A stretch of DNA of 64,000 nt from Octopus vulgaris. Taxonomy: Eukaryota. The stretch lies in the NCBI GenBank assembly GCA_951406725.2, contig OX597818.1, positions 122,884,001 to 122,948,000 of the forward strand, given 5' to 3'. The first letter of the stretch is position 1. Every line of letters starts with the position of its first letter. Shown here piece by piece: positions 27,609 to 42,413 of this stretch. The translations under genes were made by a program, and so were the position numbers. Under the pieces are notes generated by a model. The model worked only from the letters and a program-made list of their open reading frames with translations. It had not been told where the DNA came from and made no database searches.

Positions 27609-27669
<61 letters not shown>

Positions 27670-29060
27670 AAGTGGATGTCTTATAAAATTATTTCGCACA
27701 TACAATAACAACCATACCAAAAATACAACAAACCTCCATCATCAGCTGCTCCACGGATATCACTATGGTTTCGACAGCTGGACAGTACCATGGAATCCGG
27801 TGGTGTCAACAGCACTAAAATAAGTGTTACTTGGGAACAAACATACCTTAGATATCGTCACATACATTCTATCTCAATTCAATCCTAGAGAGTATTAAAC
27901 ATGAACATTAATAATTAAACTACAACATAGACAACATACTTACCCTATGTACCAAAATAGTATAGGTAAATTAATAATTCTATATGTAAACCTATAACTA
28001 ACTCCTACATTATCAAACTAAATAGAAACCTAGCCATTGAATTCCATACAGTATTCCCACCAGCTTCCATAGTTATTAACTTTTATAATCTGTTCCTTCC
28101 AAAACGAAACAAACTCGATTAAACTTATCTTAGCTAATAATATAATTCTAAGTGAATTACACTATTTCATATCTCAAAAGTTAATAATTAAAAACACTCC
28201 ATCCGTATTAAATATTCATTATCCTTACATGCTTTAAAGTTAAACTTATACCAGTAATTAATAGATGATACTAAAATATGCTTATTAAATCAGAAACTAA
28301 TAAAAGAATACCTATAATTAACAATTATTATAAAAACCTTGTTACGATTAAAGCAAAATATATAGGTGTTTAAACGATAATATAAATTAAAGTATTACCA
28401 CTTACATGTCATCTGGACACACGAAGTCGACTCTTTTCTCAAAGACTATTTGGTGGCGTGGTGCGTAGTCCACTACTTGCTGAAATGTCATTAACGCAAT
28501 TATAAGTAGTACGCAATTATAGTGACCTACAAACTGTCCAAATATGGACAACCTACAATCCAGGGCACCACCCATATATATATATATCGCTTAGGCATTT
28601 CAATGCTAATATCTTGGTGAAGAACTCAATGTACGTCTGCTTCTGAATGAAAGATTAGTTGAGTACAAATTAATAAGAAAGGAATACATGTGTATTTTAC
28701 AAACTTCATTACCCTTACATATATTTTCAATATAACATGTATAAGATTGTTGAATGCGCGAGTAACACCTTACACATTCATCAGAACCGCAAACACATAT
28801 CTTTGTTCAAGTAACGTAGTGAAAAATGATGTTCGGGACCCTGATGAAACAAGGAGGTGTTAGCCAGGCACTCAGCTATGAGTCCAACACATCTTACAAT
28901 GAAAATATGTGTAGGTTAAGGAAGTTCACAAGATAATCGTTTATTCTTTTTTCATCTCTTTTCTTATACACACATACACACACATATACATACACGTACA
29001 CACACGCACACACACTTACACACACACGCACTTACACACACACATACATATATATATATA

Positions 29061-30840
29061 AGGTAGAAAATGCTAAGATAATTTTATCACAATGAACATT
29101 TAAGTACTGCTTTCAATCTTGGCCATTTTTCAACTTAGAGTAAAGCATTAAAAAAAAATTAAATTGTGGAAATATTCAATGAAATGTTGTTTTTAAATAT
29201 TCCCATAATTTTCAAACTTCCATTGCTCTACATCCTCATTAAGAAATCCAACAACAAAATAGAAACAGATATATGCTATAAGCCCACGGACTCCAAGCAA
29301 TATCTACCGTTCAACTCATGCCACCTCAGACACACTAGAATGAGTATCCCCTTCAAACTAGCAAAAACGATTTGTACTATACTTCCTAATACAGATATCA
29401 AGGACACACGACTACAAGAACTAAAGGATACACTCATTACCAGGAACTACCCGCCATCACTAAATGATATAGTCTTTCAAAGTACCCCACAACTCAACAT
29501 CTACGAACTCAGATATCCCAAGTTAAAGAATGACGTACAACCAAAAGCCTTATCATACTTCTCCACACAGAACCCCCTTAACAATAAAGCCATCGACTTT
29601 ATGTTCCTCCAGAACATTCCCCTACTAGAAAGGAACCACAGAATGAATTTAACCCTCCAAATGCACACCATAAAGAGCAAAAGACAACCCAAATATATTA
29701 AAAGTTTCCTAACTCAAGCTGAAGTACACTCGATGACAACACTGAAGCCGTGAGTAAAAAATTTAGAAGACCTAACTGTTAGGTTATTCAGAACAATTCC
29801 AGTCACTGGTATTACAAACACAGCGGGTCCCTTTTAGGTCACATGAGCATTTAAGTGGATACCACCAACATCCTAGTACTGTCATACCACTCCCGTATTT
29901 TTCTTCTTCTTCTTTTTCTTCTTTTTTCTTCTTCTTTTTCTTATTTTTCTTCTTTTTTTTCTTCTTTTTCTTCTTCTTCTTCTTCTTCTTCTTCTTCTTC
30001 TTCTTCTTCTTCTTTTTTCTTCTTTTTTTTCTTCTTTTTATTCTTCTTCTTTTTCTTCCTCTTTTTCCTCTTCTTTTTCTTCTTCTCTTTTTCTTCTTCT
30101 TCTTCTTCTTCTTCTTCTTCTTCTTCTTCTTCTTCTTCTTCTTCTTCTTCTTCTTCTTCTTCTTCTTCTTCTTCTTCTTCTTCTTCTTCTTCTTCTTCTT
30201 CTTCTTCTTCTTGTTCTTCTTCTTCGTTTTCGTCGCCGCCGCCTCCTTCTCAGCCTCTGCTGTTAAACACCCAAAACCAATCTCCCTCGTCCATTGAATT
30301 AGCCAACTTATTTCCCTTAAGTAATGGTCATTCCCTTTCTCACCATCTCAGCTATCAATTTAATAGCCTTCATACAAACTAGCACAATTAACTACCATTC
30401 ACACATTTCACCCACAACACATTTCATACACACTAACTTAACAGACTAAAATTCTCATACTACCTACAATACCCTCCCCTCTTCCTTCTATTTTCCACCT
30501 CTACTACATTGACTCCCTGCAATTAATCCCGCACTTTTGATATTTATTTTCTCCTTTCACTTTTCCTAATCTGAATACCTCCCCTCCCACCTAATAAGTT
30601 AGGCTCTCCACAAAATCATTTCATCCTTGAACTTCCCTTTTTTTAACACCTCAAATGTAATATCTTCCTCTGAAGGCGGAGACTCGTCTCAGCCTATGAT
30701 AGGAACAAACTACAAACACTATTTCGTAGCACTGAGCCCCCCCCCACTGAAACAGCTGTTGTGTTTGTAATAACTTTCCCCAACCCCTTTATACATCCAA
30801 ATCATTTGTATTCTGTGTAAGTCATATTTAAGAACTTTAA
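29061..30840 (+). mobile_element. Penelope-like element fragment with inverted pLTR piece (HHR motif 29101-29137, -) and (TTC)n-rich 3' region
   Basis: ORF 29166-29753 (KIETDICYKPTDSKQYLPFNSCH..) is paralogous to the 16.5 kb copy. Same GGTAGAAAATG.TAA terminus. Confidence 0.85.
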
Positions 30841-31473
30841 TCAGTTCGTAGTGTTGTTTTTCTAAACAAACTTTCATGCGCTTTTACTGCGATGGTTTTT
30901 GTTAATAACAATAACAGTATTTTACAAGCTTCAAGCTTGTAAGTGATCACCGTGCAATGACTAAAGAGAATTGTGTAATAATGGGACATGTAAGCCCTAT
31001 AGAAAGGGACGGAAATGAATAACGATAACTTGATCAAGTAGTCAGGGAATCAGCCGTTTGGCAATATGTTCACCTAGTGACGAGGGCGTGGGTCATCACT
31101 CAAAATGACAAAAAACAAAAACAATGCTTTAAAATAGATTATCATCTTAAGAAAGATTTTCCTCTTGCTGACTACTTTGTATAGTGAGACATACAGTATT
31201 CGTAACAGAACCCTATGTTACCCGGGTTTCCATTTTATCATGTCTCAGGAGATGAATTTCTCTGTTAATACTTTCTAAGCAACGATTTAACGGTATAATC
31301 CAGCAAAACTTTGTGGACCACTTTATTGAAAAGTACTGCGCTTTAACGATAATATAAACCGTGATGAAAGCATTAAACGAACGCCCGTATGTGTGTGTCT
31401 ATGTATTTCACTATATATATATATACATACACACATTACATACACAGGTATTCATATAAACACATATATATAT

Positions 31474-31548
<75 letters not shown>

Positions 31549-32125
31549 AACAGGGAGGCTAATTCACTGGTGTAAATGCAACACAGTTGCGTTAACAAAG
31601 CGATATGGGTCTGAGTCCCACGCGGATAGGAAAGCTTTCTTTTTTCTGTCGAGGCCTTATATACCCGTTTATTACATTATTATTCTTTTAGTCATTGCAC
31701 GGTGATCACCATAAGCTTTAGGCTTATATAAAAATACCATTATTATTATTGACAGGATTGTAAAACAGGGCACCGTAAAAAAAAATTCGCACCGAATGCA
31801 TATAGAAATTTGTTTGCATAAAAACTAATTTGAACTAATATAGTTCCTAAATTTGATAAAAACGGGGAGCCTAATTTACTGCTGTAAAGTTAATACACTT
31901 AGACGCGTTAACAAAGGGATGCGGGTTCTAGTCCCATTCGGATAAGAACGCCTTCTTTTTTTTTTCGCTCTCGAGGGCTTATATCCCCCTTTATTAGACT
32001 ATTTTCCTTAGTCATTGCACAGTGATCGCCATAAGCATTGAGCTTATATGAAAAATACTATTATTAGTATTCATATGATTGTAAAACACAGCGCCGTATA
32101 AAAAAAACCCATTCGCACCAAAATC
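31549..32125 (+). repeat. Tandem pair of ~310 bp units with tRNA-like heads (SINE-like dimer)
   Basis: Units start AAAC.GGGAG.CTAATT.ACTG at 31549 and 31860. Box-B-like GGTTCTAGTCCC is followed by a T run. Confidence 0.7.
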
Positions 32126-32492
32126 GTATAATATATATATATTGATTGTTTGCGACTGTTATATATATAGTTACTGTAGGCGACGAAAGTTGATGTCGGT
32201 TCAGAATAGTATTCTGTATGTCCTATATAAAGTGGCTATAAGATAGGAATTCCCATTGTATCCTGATTTCTCTTGGAAAAATAATCTTGTACAGACGTAT
32301 CGTGAAAAAATAAAAGAAAGCAGAGGAATGTATCTAGAGTAGACAATAGGTTGAACCAATACCGCTTCAATCACTAATAAGGGATATTATCCAACACTCC
32401 AGCTATTGCCGATCCCAGTACTTTGTTGATAATTATCTTTGTATATTACTAGTGGCTAAATTTGCCTAAGCATGCGGCTGGCAGTGGAAACA

Positions 32493-32535
32493 TGCTACTG
32501 ATGACGTGCAAAGACACAGAAATGCGGATTTAGCA
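32493..32535 (+). ncRNA. Minimal type I hammerhead motif, canonical core
   Basis: UGCUA CUGAUGA C GUG caaaga CAC A GAAA U GCGG A UU UAGCA. Confidence 0.55.
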
Positions 32536-32680
32536 AATGCACCAAAACATGTGGAGATTTTGACTGCGAGTGATACACTTCTATGTAGCTTAGTCTTTTA
32601 CATTTTTATGAAATTTCTCACAACGAATGGTGCATTTACGTGGCTTCCTATACTATATCCACGTTAAATAAAATATACAG

Positions 32681-32739
<59 letters not shown>

Positions 32740-33198
32740 CAAGCCTACGTACATGTGTAAATGAATGCAGACACATACGTCCACAGACACCCACACCCAC
32801 ATAGATACACACACTCAAACATACCCATATATGAATTGTTCGTGTGCGATTGTGTGCATACATATCTCCTACTTCATAATTCATGCTATATAAGTAATTT
32901 ATTTAGTAGTAAGCTAATATTAAGCTATGTCTCCGAGGAATATACCTCGATTTTCTATTGTCCTATCTCGAAATCAAGAAATTTCATCAAAATCTTGTTA
33001 TTACAGTCTAAAAACAACACAAAAATAACAAATATTTTTCTTTTCGATTAACATTTTTTTATAAATTTTATTCTATTTCTGATACTTGCTATTTCTTTTT
33101 CATTCTACTAGCTCCTCTCCAGCCTCAGCCAACATTGTTGATAATTCAATTTTCGTTGTGAATAGTAAGTTCTTTCTTACTGCAGCCACACACTCGCA

Positions 33199-33314
<116 letters not shown>

Positions 33315-33355
33315 AATCTACTTGTCTATCTATCTATCTATATTCTATCTACTTG

Positions 33356-33434
<79 letters not shown>

Positions 33435-33474
33435 ATCTCCTTGTCTATCTATCTATCTATATTCTATCTACTTG

Positions 33475-33529
<55 letters not shown>

Positions 33530-33569
33530 ATCTACTTGTCTATCTATCTATCTATATTCTATCTACTTG

Positions 33570-33604
<35 letters not shown>

Positions 33605-34089
33605 ATCTACTTGTCTATCTATGTGTCAGTCTGTCTATCTATCTATATATCTCTATATGTCTGTCTATCTATTTATGTGTGCGCACGTGTGTGGTCGTGT
33701 GTGTGTGTGTCTGTGTGTGTGTGTGTCTCTATATGTGTACCTACATACGTATATGTATAAAAAATTCCATTCATATTGTTAGGAGCAATGTGTCTAATTT
33801 TATCGCCTAGTCTCTCGAATTTTAGTTTTGTTGCAACGGCTGCTGTCACTCTTGTGGTGCATGATAAATTTTCGTGTTATTTCATACGTTTCCTTAATTT
33901 TTCTTTCATAAGTATCGATTTGCTTTGTACAATCATTCTTTCATAATCTATTACTTTCATAATATATTTCTGTCCGTCTGTTTGTGCGACTCTGTCGTTC
34001 ACTCTAGCTCTCTACCTTCTCTGTCTCTGTCTGTATCTCTGTGTGTGTGTATGTATGTATGTATGTATGAATCATGTGTGAGTGCGTGC

Positions 34090-34143
<54 letters not shown>

Positions 34144-34165
34144 ATATATATATATATATGTATAC

Positions 34166-34201
<36 letters not shown>

Positions 34202-34498
34202 ATATATATACATATATGTGGAATGGCGTCCTGTCCAGCTAGGGAACACCTACGCCATTGAAACTTGGCTAGGCTTTAAAAGGGCTCAAAAAAATATATA
34301 TACATATATGCAAATAAAAACAGATGAATAGTGGTTCACTCACTACGACTGTTTCATTTGTGATTTTTATTGATGAAATGCTATTACTCATGTGAAAAAA
34401 AAAACGTTCTCGAATTAAACATTTGAAAAAAGATTCCACGAAACCATGTATATGCCATCTCATGATTCTCCGGCGGACTACGAGGAGAGAATCCTGAA

Positions 34499-34548
<50 letters not shown>

Positions 34549-34799
34549 TGTGTGTGTGTGTGTGTGTGTGTGTATGCGCGCGCGTGTGTATATTTGCATA
34601 TATATATGTATATACTTTACAATGTATCGGTGTACCTATGTTTTTATTTTTGTATATGTTTATTATTTTTTTGCAAAAAACATTGTAATTTTCTTTTTTC
34701 CCCCTCCTCAATTATAAAAAAAAAATTCTTTACACCTTGCAAAGTTTGAATTAATATATATATTTTTTTTTTTTGAATTTAAAAAAAATGTCCATACAC

Positions 34800-36690
34800 C
34801 CATTTTCATTATGAGATAAACTGGCAGGCCATCTACAATCTTTCTGTCACATGTGATGTGAAGAAAAATGCATGAAGGGCTAAGATTGCTCGCGTATTCC
34901 ATTTGGCATTACTAATGTTCGGAATTTTCTGAAACTTGGTGAAATGTAGGTCACCGTTTTCATGGATGAACCTGATGGCACGTTTAAGTGGAACAGAAAC
35001 TTCATATCATCTCTCCAACCAGCTTGATCTTCAATGATATGAGTTCAATTCTGGAAGGAGCCTTGGAGTTCTTCATAACTTGTCATGAGTTCTTTGACAA
35101 AATGTATTTGGTATTGGGTGAACTGCTTGCGCCTGCTAGCTCCTCGTCCATAACAACGCACAGGATTCTGTACAAGACATGGTGTTGGCATCTCACAAGT
35201 TGTAACTTGTCATAGCCTTAGCTCAAGAACATTCTCTGAGGTCTAACCACTACCCGCCTCTTTCATCCTGTATTCGCACTCGTCGTATCAGCAGTAATCA
35301 TTAAGATTGTGCCCCACAAGTGAAATTCGTCCAAGGTTCGTACTTCTGCAACGGTCTCAGCCTTGCCATCACACAGCTTCGTCTCAGCCTCCTTGATTTC
35401 ATTTATCTCATTCTTGATGACAATCGCTTGATATTTATTTCCGTCTATATGTTTACCATCGAAATGCAAGTTCCATTTCTGATTGCGTAGTGTATCGTTC
35501 AAGTGTTTCTTCATTTCACCAGCTTCCTTGAAGAATTCCTTGTAAATGCCTTGCTGACAAGGAGCTGGGATATCAGTACACTCCTCTGATAACTGTTCGC
35601 AAATTTTCGCAGTTTTGTGGGTAGAGACGTTTGTTCCAGTTACAAGTCTCGTACCAATCGCAGATCTGTTGTGCCCTTTTGTGGAGGAATAAGTGACATC
35701 ACTATCACTATCATTTTGATCAACGCTATCATCTTCACCATAATGGTACTCTTTAATATCTTTTTCTGTAAAGTCACTGTCAGTATCCAGGGCTGTTGAG
35801 CTTGATAAAGAATGAGAGCTTCAGCATCAAAGCATCTTCTCTTGGAAGTATGGATGGTGTGCTTGCGTGCAGCTTTGCCTGTCTTATATCTCACTTTGTC
35901 CTTGCTTTGGATTTGGATGGAGTACAGTTTTTTGTCACCAGCATTGAGTGATTCACTGCGGACGTTTGTGATATCAAACAGTTCTTCTAAAGGCTCAAAC
36001 TTTGCTTCCTTGGCGCATTTGTCATGCAAATGAAGCACATTTTCGAGTTTGGACAGTATTGCTTGATCGGAAATGGTTGGAAAATTCAGTTTATCTCTCC
36101 ACAGTAGTGTCACCTCTCTTGATAATTCCACCACTTCCTTATATTTGCCTTTAATTGATTTCCCAAGAAACTGGTACCCACCAGCATTCTGCTCTTTGGG
36201 TGGCATTCGCTTTCCGCTAGCCAGTGAGGCTTCTTCTACAGGCACATGACCTCTAGATGAATGAAACTGGAACTGCACCAAATTTCTCGTCCATTTCTTC
36301 TTGTTCTTCTGAACAACTTCAAAGCTTTTCTTGTATGACATACCGCCAGCAGTCATACAGAACTCACACTGGAACCGATACAGCAAAGGGTCAAAGTGAA
36401 ATAAAATCTTAATTGTTTGCTTTATAATTAAGCAGGAAGACTCAAGAATACAATCTAATCACCAGTGAAGGTTTATAAATGCTAATAATTTATTGAAAGC
36501 CAAGAGTGCTATGCAACTTTGCCCATATTCATACAAGTTTTGCATAAGAATACAAACATGGATTCATGGATTAACTTTTTTAAAGATAGCTCAAAAGTGA
36601 GTTCAATTTAGTTACTTACACATGAAATCTCATCTGAATATGATACACGAAATTGTTTTCGAGAAACAAAATTAAAAAGTTGTATCCCTA
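34800..36690 (-). mobile_element. Decayed hAT-superfamily (hATm-like) DNA transposon
   Basis: WNLHFDGK, ADTTSANTG and CQHHVL motifs across frameshifted ORFs. Putative terminus TAGGGATACAAC at 36690; the partner TIR was not found. Confidence 0.6.
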
Positions 36691-36699
36691 ATACATATA

Positions 36700-36820
36700 C
36701 GACTAGATTCTTTCAGTTTCCGTCAATGAAGACCACTCACAAGGCTTTGATCGGCTCAAGGCTATAGTAGAAGACAGTTGCCCGAACCATGTGGATGAGA
36801 AGCAAGCTTTTTGCCACATA
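36700..36820 (-). mobile_element. CORE-like SINE fragment (relative at 11218-11340)
   Basis: TTTCAGTTTCCGTC..CCACTCACAAGGCTTTG..GCTATAGTAGAAGACA.TTGCCC. Confidence 0.6.
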
Positions 36821-37714
36821 TATATGTATGTTAGTTTGTGTGTGTGAGTGTGTGTGTCTTTGAGCGTGCGTCAGGCGTGTATATATGCATTTATATACTC
36901 AAGTACATACGCAAGTACATACGCATTTATATACGCAAGTACACTGATACACAAACACACGTAAGTGTGATTAAAGTGTGATTGTCTGTGTATAGAATTA
37001 AGGATCAAAATAACGACTCGGAAAACAAAGGAAAATCATGCAGTTCTCATGTCTCACAGCTGTGGTTTCTTTGAACTTTCGAACTTTGGCTCTTATTCAG
37101 AAATTTATGCAGGAACTATAAAAAAAAAGATAATATAAACGCGAAAACAAAGCACAACAATAATAGAAGAATACGTTTTAGGATCTATTTGTCTTGTATA
37201 TATGTGACACTATATGGAGATTGGAAGAGGCAGAGAAACAGGTCGGAATACAGAAGAGGTGGGGGGAAAGGAGAAGGAGAAGCGGAGACGAGAGCGAAGT
37301 TGATGAACATAGCGGATATTAGAATCGGTATTTCATCGGACAAAATATTCCAGAGTGACAATTGCCTTGATGTGTCTCCGAAAGCTTCTGAATTATTTAA
37401 TGTGGATGTATTGTTGTTGTTGTTGTTGTTTTTGTTGTTATTTTGCTGTCGTGATTGGCCTCGTTGCCGCTGTTATCTATTCTGCTGTTACTCATTTTGC
37501 TCTTTAGTCCAATGTTAATCTTTAAAAAGCGGAATACTTTAACAAGTATCTAATGGTTAACCATTCTATATGGGACCGGAATAATCGACTGGCTCCGTAT
37601 CTACTAAAATCTTAGTAGTTGGCACAGCAAATAATCTATTTGCTGAATTAGTAAAGTAGAGACAAACTCTTTTGATAGATGCAACTTTTGTATTATGTCG
37701 GACTTTTTACTTCA

Positions 37715-38060
37715 GATTCCTGCCAAGAATTTTTTTGTCGCTTCAGCATCTGTTATATCTTTCCCTTGATATTCCTCTTCGGTGTTTAGTTGTTCATAAA
37801 ATTTTCTTTCGTTATTCGTGTATAATCTATTCTGCTGGTATTGATTTGTTCTCTGCTGGCATCTGCTTTTACTTAAAATGCTTACCTGACATTGCTTTGA
37901 TTTTTTGTCTTATTTATTATTTAACTACTTGCAGTCCTTTATGATAAACGTTGCACTTTTTTTGCACGTCTTGTCTTTTCTTTTCTATGATTGCATCTAT
38001 CTGTCTAATATCTCTCTTGATCTGTTCAGTTTCGCTCTCAAGTCTTCATTCCCAACATGG
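37715..38060 (-). mobile_element. R4/Dong-like ORF fragment upstream of RT
   Basis: RQKIKA...QYQQNRLYTNNERKFYEQLN...DAEATKKFLAGI* resembles the pre-RT region of R4 elements. Confidence 0.55.
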
Positions 38061-38195
38061 GATATTATCCTATATCAGTTGTCTCAACCTGTGGTCTGCG
38101 GAACCCTGGTGGTCCACCAAGTATCTGGTGTACTAACGAGTCTGCCAGTTCGACGCCGCAAAAAATAGTAATGATATAAACAAAAATAGTAGTAC

Positions 38196-38254
<59 letters not shown>

Positions 38255-38464
38255 TTGGTAGCAGCAGTGTTATTGTTCATGACCTTATTCTTTTTCATTT
38301 GTATTTAATTTAGGCAATAGTGCAAGACATTGGAGAGTGTAAGTCGATTACATTGTCAACACTACATTAATCGTACTTTATTTTATCGACCACGGAAAGC
38401 TGCAAAGAAAACGTTCTCTAGGATTTGGTCAGTGCAAGATACATGTTACACCTGTGGCCAACAG

Positions 38465-39098
38465 TAGACAATGACAACTGGGCTTCCGCGGCTATAGTCT
38501 GCGATTGCAAATCATTGGTTGAAGCGGTAGACAACGCGTTCCCCCCAAACAGGACAATTAGGGAATTGCAACAAAGAGCAGCACTAGTAGCAGCTGGCAA
38601 GATTTTGATGGTAATCTGGGTGCCGGGCCACTGCAACCTCCGCGACAATGAACTCGCAGATATGCAGGCGAAACGTGGCTCGGCGCTTCCACAACCGGAT
38701 GCCGCCATCGTTACAGCCATTCGTCAGGCGGTCGAACGTTCCAGCCAACGCCAATTCAACACCCCCCTCTGAAGAAAGTCTTCACGAAGAAGCCAGATGA
38801 CAGAACCTAAGCAGCTCTCTCGAAGGCACACTTCACAGACATAATACGTTTCCGTACTGGTCGCCATCCGGCACTCAGGCGGTGGCAAAAGATGTCAGGA
38901 CGCAGCGACACAGATCAATGCAGACTCTGTAACGAGAAGGTGGAATCTGCAGAACATCTCTGACTGAGATGTCCCTTATGATGGAACGCTATATCCGCCA
39001 ACTAGGGGCTACAATGGTTGAGATGATTCGTCTCCCTTCCGCGGCTCTAGCGCTTCTGAGAGTTATCCTCGGGCGCTTGAGGTGACCAACAACAGCAG
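38465..39098 (+). mobile_element. LINE 3' fragment with RNase H and CCHC knuckle (I/ingi-group-like)
   Basis: IVCDCKSLVEAV..IWVPGHCNLRDNELADMQAK; RFRTGRH..CRLCNEKVESAEHL..C; short (AAC)n tail. Confidence 0.8.
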
Positions 39099-39807
39099 CC
39101 GATACTACCAAATACTGGTCAGAAAACAAAAACCTTTATTAAGAACCTAGTTCTTAGTGCAAGCCCAATTGTCCTAGATTTAGTTCCGACGCACTGACGT
39201 ACAATGTAAGAACAATTAACATTCAGGATATAATACATAATTTCAGCCCTTCAATTATCTCCTGATTAAACACCAGTAATTCTCGTTCGGTGAGCACACA
39301 CAAATATATATACATTTGTGCATATGTGTCTGTGCGTGTGTAAATGTGAGTATTATGTGCATGTATATATATATGCAAACATCTATGTACACGACGTAAA
39401 TGAGTCCGTGTGTACAAACTTATATGTATGCATATGCTTATTTACATACACAGACGTATGAATGTATGTATATGTATGTGTATATATGTATATATACATC
39501 CATATTTATACAGAGACAGATGGATAGATAGACAGAGAGGTAAATAGAGATAAAGAGAGAGAGAAAGAAAGAGATAGAGATAGACAGACAGGCAGGCAGG
39601 CAAGCAGGCCGACAGACAAACAGACAGGCTGGCAGGTAGACAGACAGACAGAAAGAGAGTCGGGGCTATATTTCACAGTGTGCATTGAAGGAAAACAAAA
39701 CACAATATATAATACAAAAATAAAAGTATTTAAAAAATTTTTTAAATTGCCACTGGTAGATAATAGTTTACCCAGCTTCCACCACGGCCTCACACACCAT
39801 GCCTTAT

Positions 39808-40018
39808 ATATTTCTTTACTACCCACAAGGGGCTAAACACAGAGAGGACAAACAAAGACAGACAAATGGATTAAGTCGATTACATCGACTCCAGTGCGTA
39901 ACTGGTACTTATTTAATCGACCCCGAAAGGATGAAAGGCAAAGTCGACCTCGGTGGAATTTGAACTCAGAACGTGGCGGCAGACGAAATACTGCTAAGCA
40001 TTTCGCCTGGCGTGCTAA
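39808..40018 (-). mobile_element. Single Meta-like SINE copy; older relatives at 5938-6030, 38330-38400, 55850-55950, 56720-56925
   Basis: Near-identical to the last unit of 6478-7074. Confidence 0.85.
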
Positions 40019-40750
40019 CGTTTCTGCCAGCTGGCCTCACACATCATGTCTTATAGCGTTTAAATTGTTCGGGGCGCAGCAATCATGATATCGGTACTTT
40101 GATACACTGAGTGAATCACCATGGTACGGATTACTTTTTTCCAGCATTCACATAACTTCCATTTCTACAAGTCAGCTAACTTTTTCTCAACTATATTTTT
40201 AATCTTTATGTATTCTAACACTTTTGACTGTTCACCAATGTGACAAGCTGTTGTTGAAAGAAAAAAAAAGAAAAAAAAGAAACAAAGCATTGTCAAAATT
40301 CTTCAGAACAACTTGTAGGGCCAAAGATATGTAACAAAAAGACGAAGAAAAAAAAACAGAATATTGGGTGTTAGCTCAGGAAATCAGAAAAAAATAGGAG
40401 GAAAATTCATCTACGTTTACAGAATACAGTCTTCTTCTGAAAGAACAGATAAGGAAAGAAGAATGACGAGATAAAATTAAGGAATACATGCTTCTAACGA
40501 TCATGGAAGGTGATGATGGTACTTCAAATCATTAATATTGATTTTACCTATGGCGCAAGTGGCCACTGAGCTTAGAAAATAGTGTTGTTTTAAATTGCTA
40601 ACAATTTAAACTACGCATTCCGACTTTCTGTAAGAGCGAAAGTATAGACTAACTTGGGATGATTGGCCATACTTTACAATTTTCGTAAGCACAAAATTCT
40701 GTAACCAGAGGTAGCCGTAACGCGGATCCCCTCTCTCTGTATACACACAT

Positions 40751-40838
<88 letters not shown>

Positions 40839-41479
40839 CAACCCATAGTTGACGACGCTACTGTTAGTTATTGACCCAGGAAGACATCTCCTCTAGCCTG
40901 CTAACGACACACTGTGTCCGATTGGTATTTGCGAAGGGAAATCATCGTTCCCATCTCCAGCTTTACGGGATACACACAGACGCGGGTTTCAGGGTAGTAA
41001 TCCGTCATCAGTGTGTGACAATCACCATCTAGCGATGAGAGCTCATTTCGAACGTAAAGTACTATATGCTTTTTCCAGTAACAAACTTTCGCAGATCTCG
41101 AAAAAGGAGAAACAAGCAATAATAATTCTCTGAGTGAGACGTAAACAGTAGCAGCACGGAATTTTGAAGTATATTTGCCACTTAAATGTAACGGACCCAT
41201 GGGAGATGACGCTTATGTTATTTATAGCCCCATGAAGCTATCTTCTCCAGCTGGTTAACGACACACTGTCTGTGTCCGATGAGTGTATGTGTGCGTGTTA
41301 CGGCAGAAAGATATGTGGTTAGCATGGCGATTTTGGAAATCCCCTTCACCTAGCCAGATAAAGCTAGAGAGGACGGACATTTCTGAAAAATTCACAAAAT
41401 CATTAATTTTAGCTGCCAATAAATTTTATTAACATCAAATGTGTTTGCCTATAATTAGCATTTGTCAAAATCAAGTGTG

Positions 41480-42189
41480 GCAAGCAACACGTATTAGGTG
41501 ATGTCCGTTTTCATTGATGCATTTCTGAAGGCATTCTTGGACGTTTACCTGCACTCTCTCCAGCATTGCTCTGTCGATTTGGGCAACTTCTACGCGAATA
41601 GATTCCTTCAAATCGTCCAATGTATGGTGCGTATACGCATACACACATGCCTTGGTCTTTCACAACAACAAATAATCGCAAATAGACAAGTCAGGAGACC
41701 GAGGGGACCGAGTTTATCATTTACCTCAAAAATTGCTTCCATCTGATGTGCGAAGTTAATCCGCTGTACATAGTCCCATGGTTTCAAGTGTTGCCTCGTG
41801 ACCAATTTATACGGGTGGTAATTCAGGTGTTAATGCAAAATACGCCTTACCGATCGATTACCGATGCCAAGTTCAGTGGGATGGCTTTGAGCAGAGCAAT
41901 TCGGACTCCGTATCAAAGCTTGTCTGACATATTCCACATTTTGTGGGGTCCGTAGCGTTCGTGGTGCCCCCAACGGTCTCCTATTCATTAGTGTACCTCT
42001 TGTACGAAGTGCATTCGCCCTATGCACGACGGAGAGTTCCAGCACTACTTCGATCAGTGGAAAACGCGTCTGAACTGATGCATTGCTTGAAATGGAGAAT
42101 ACTTTGGAGGCGATAAATGTGTAAACATTTAAAATTAAATGAAGAAAATAATATTGTAAAATTCTGCTTTCTTTTGAGTACTCCTTTGT
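41480..42189 (-). mobile_element. Internally deleted Tc1/mariner-superfamily element (maT/rosa-like, third residue D)
   Basis: RTPQNVEYVRQALIRSP..SVRRILH..HPYK is joined directly to PRSPDLSICDY...NGHHL; most of the catalytic core is missing. Confidence 0.7.
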
Positions 42190-42335
42190 GTGTATTACAT
42201 ACATGAATACATACGTACATGCATACATAAATACATATACATATACATACATATATATGTGTGTGTTTGTATCTTTATGTGTGTATATATATATATATAC
42301 ATATATATGTGAGTGTGCGTGTGTGTGTATGTGTT

Positions 42336-42413
<78 letters not shown>

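Noticed and set aside
27735-27800. CUGAUGA and GAAA on minus strand as a type II HHR
   Set aside because: No UH triplet, and stems I and II do not pair.
28838-28860. CTGATGAAAC (also 44187, 60054)
   Set aside because: Isolated core-like words without flanking stems.
30665-30765. CTGAAGG...GAAACAGCTGT at the PLE 3' end
   Set aside because: Possibly a relic HHR, but stems cannot be closed consistently.
34320-34455. TTGAAAA..GAAACCATGTA motif (and a similar relic at 58425-58535)
   Set aside because: Stem II does not pair; too degenerate to call.
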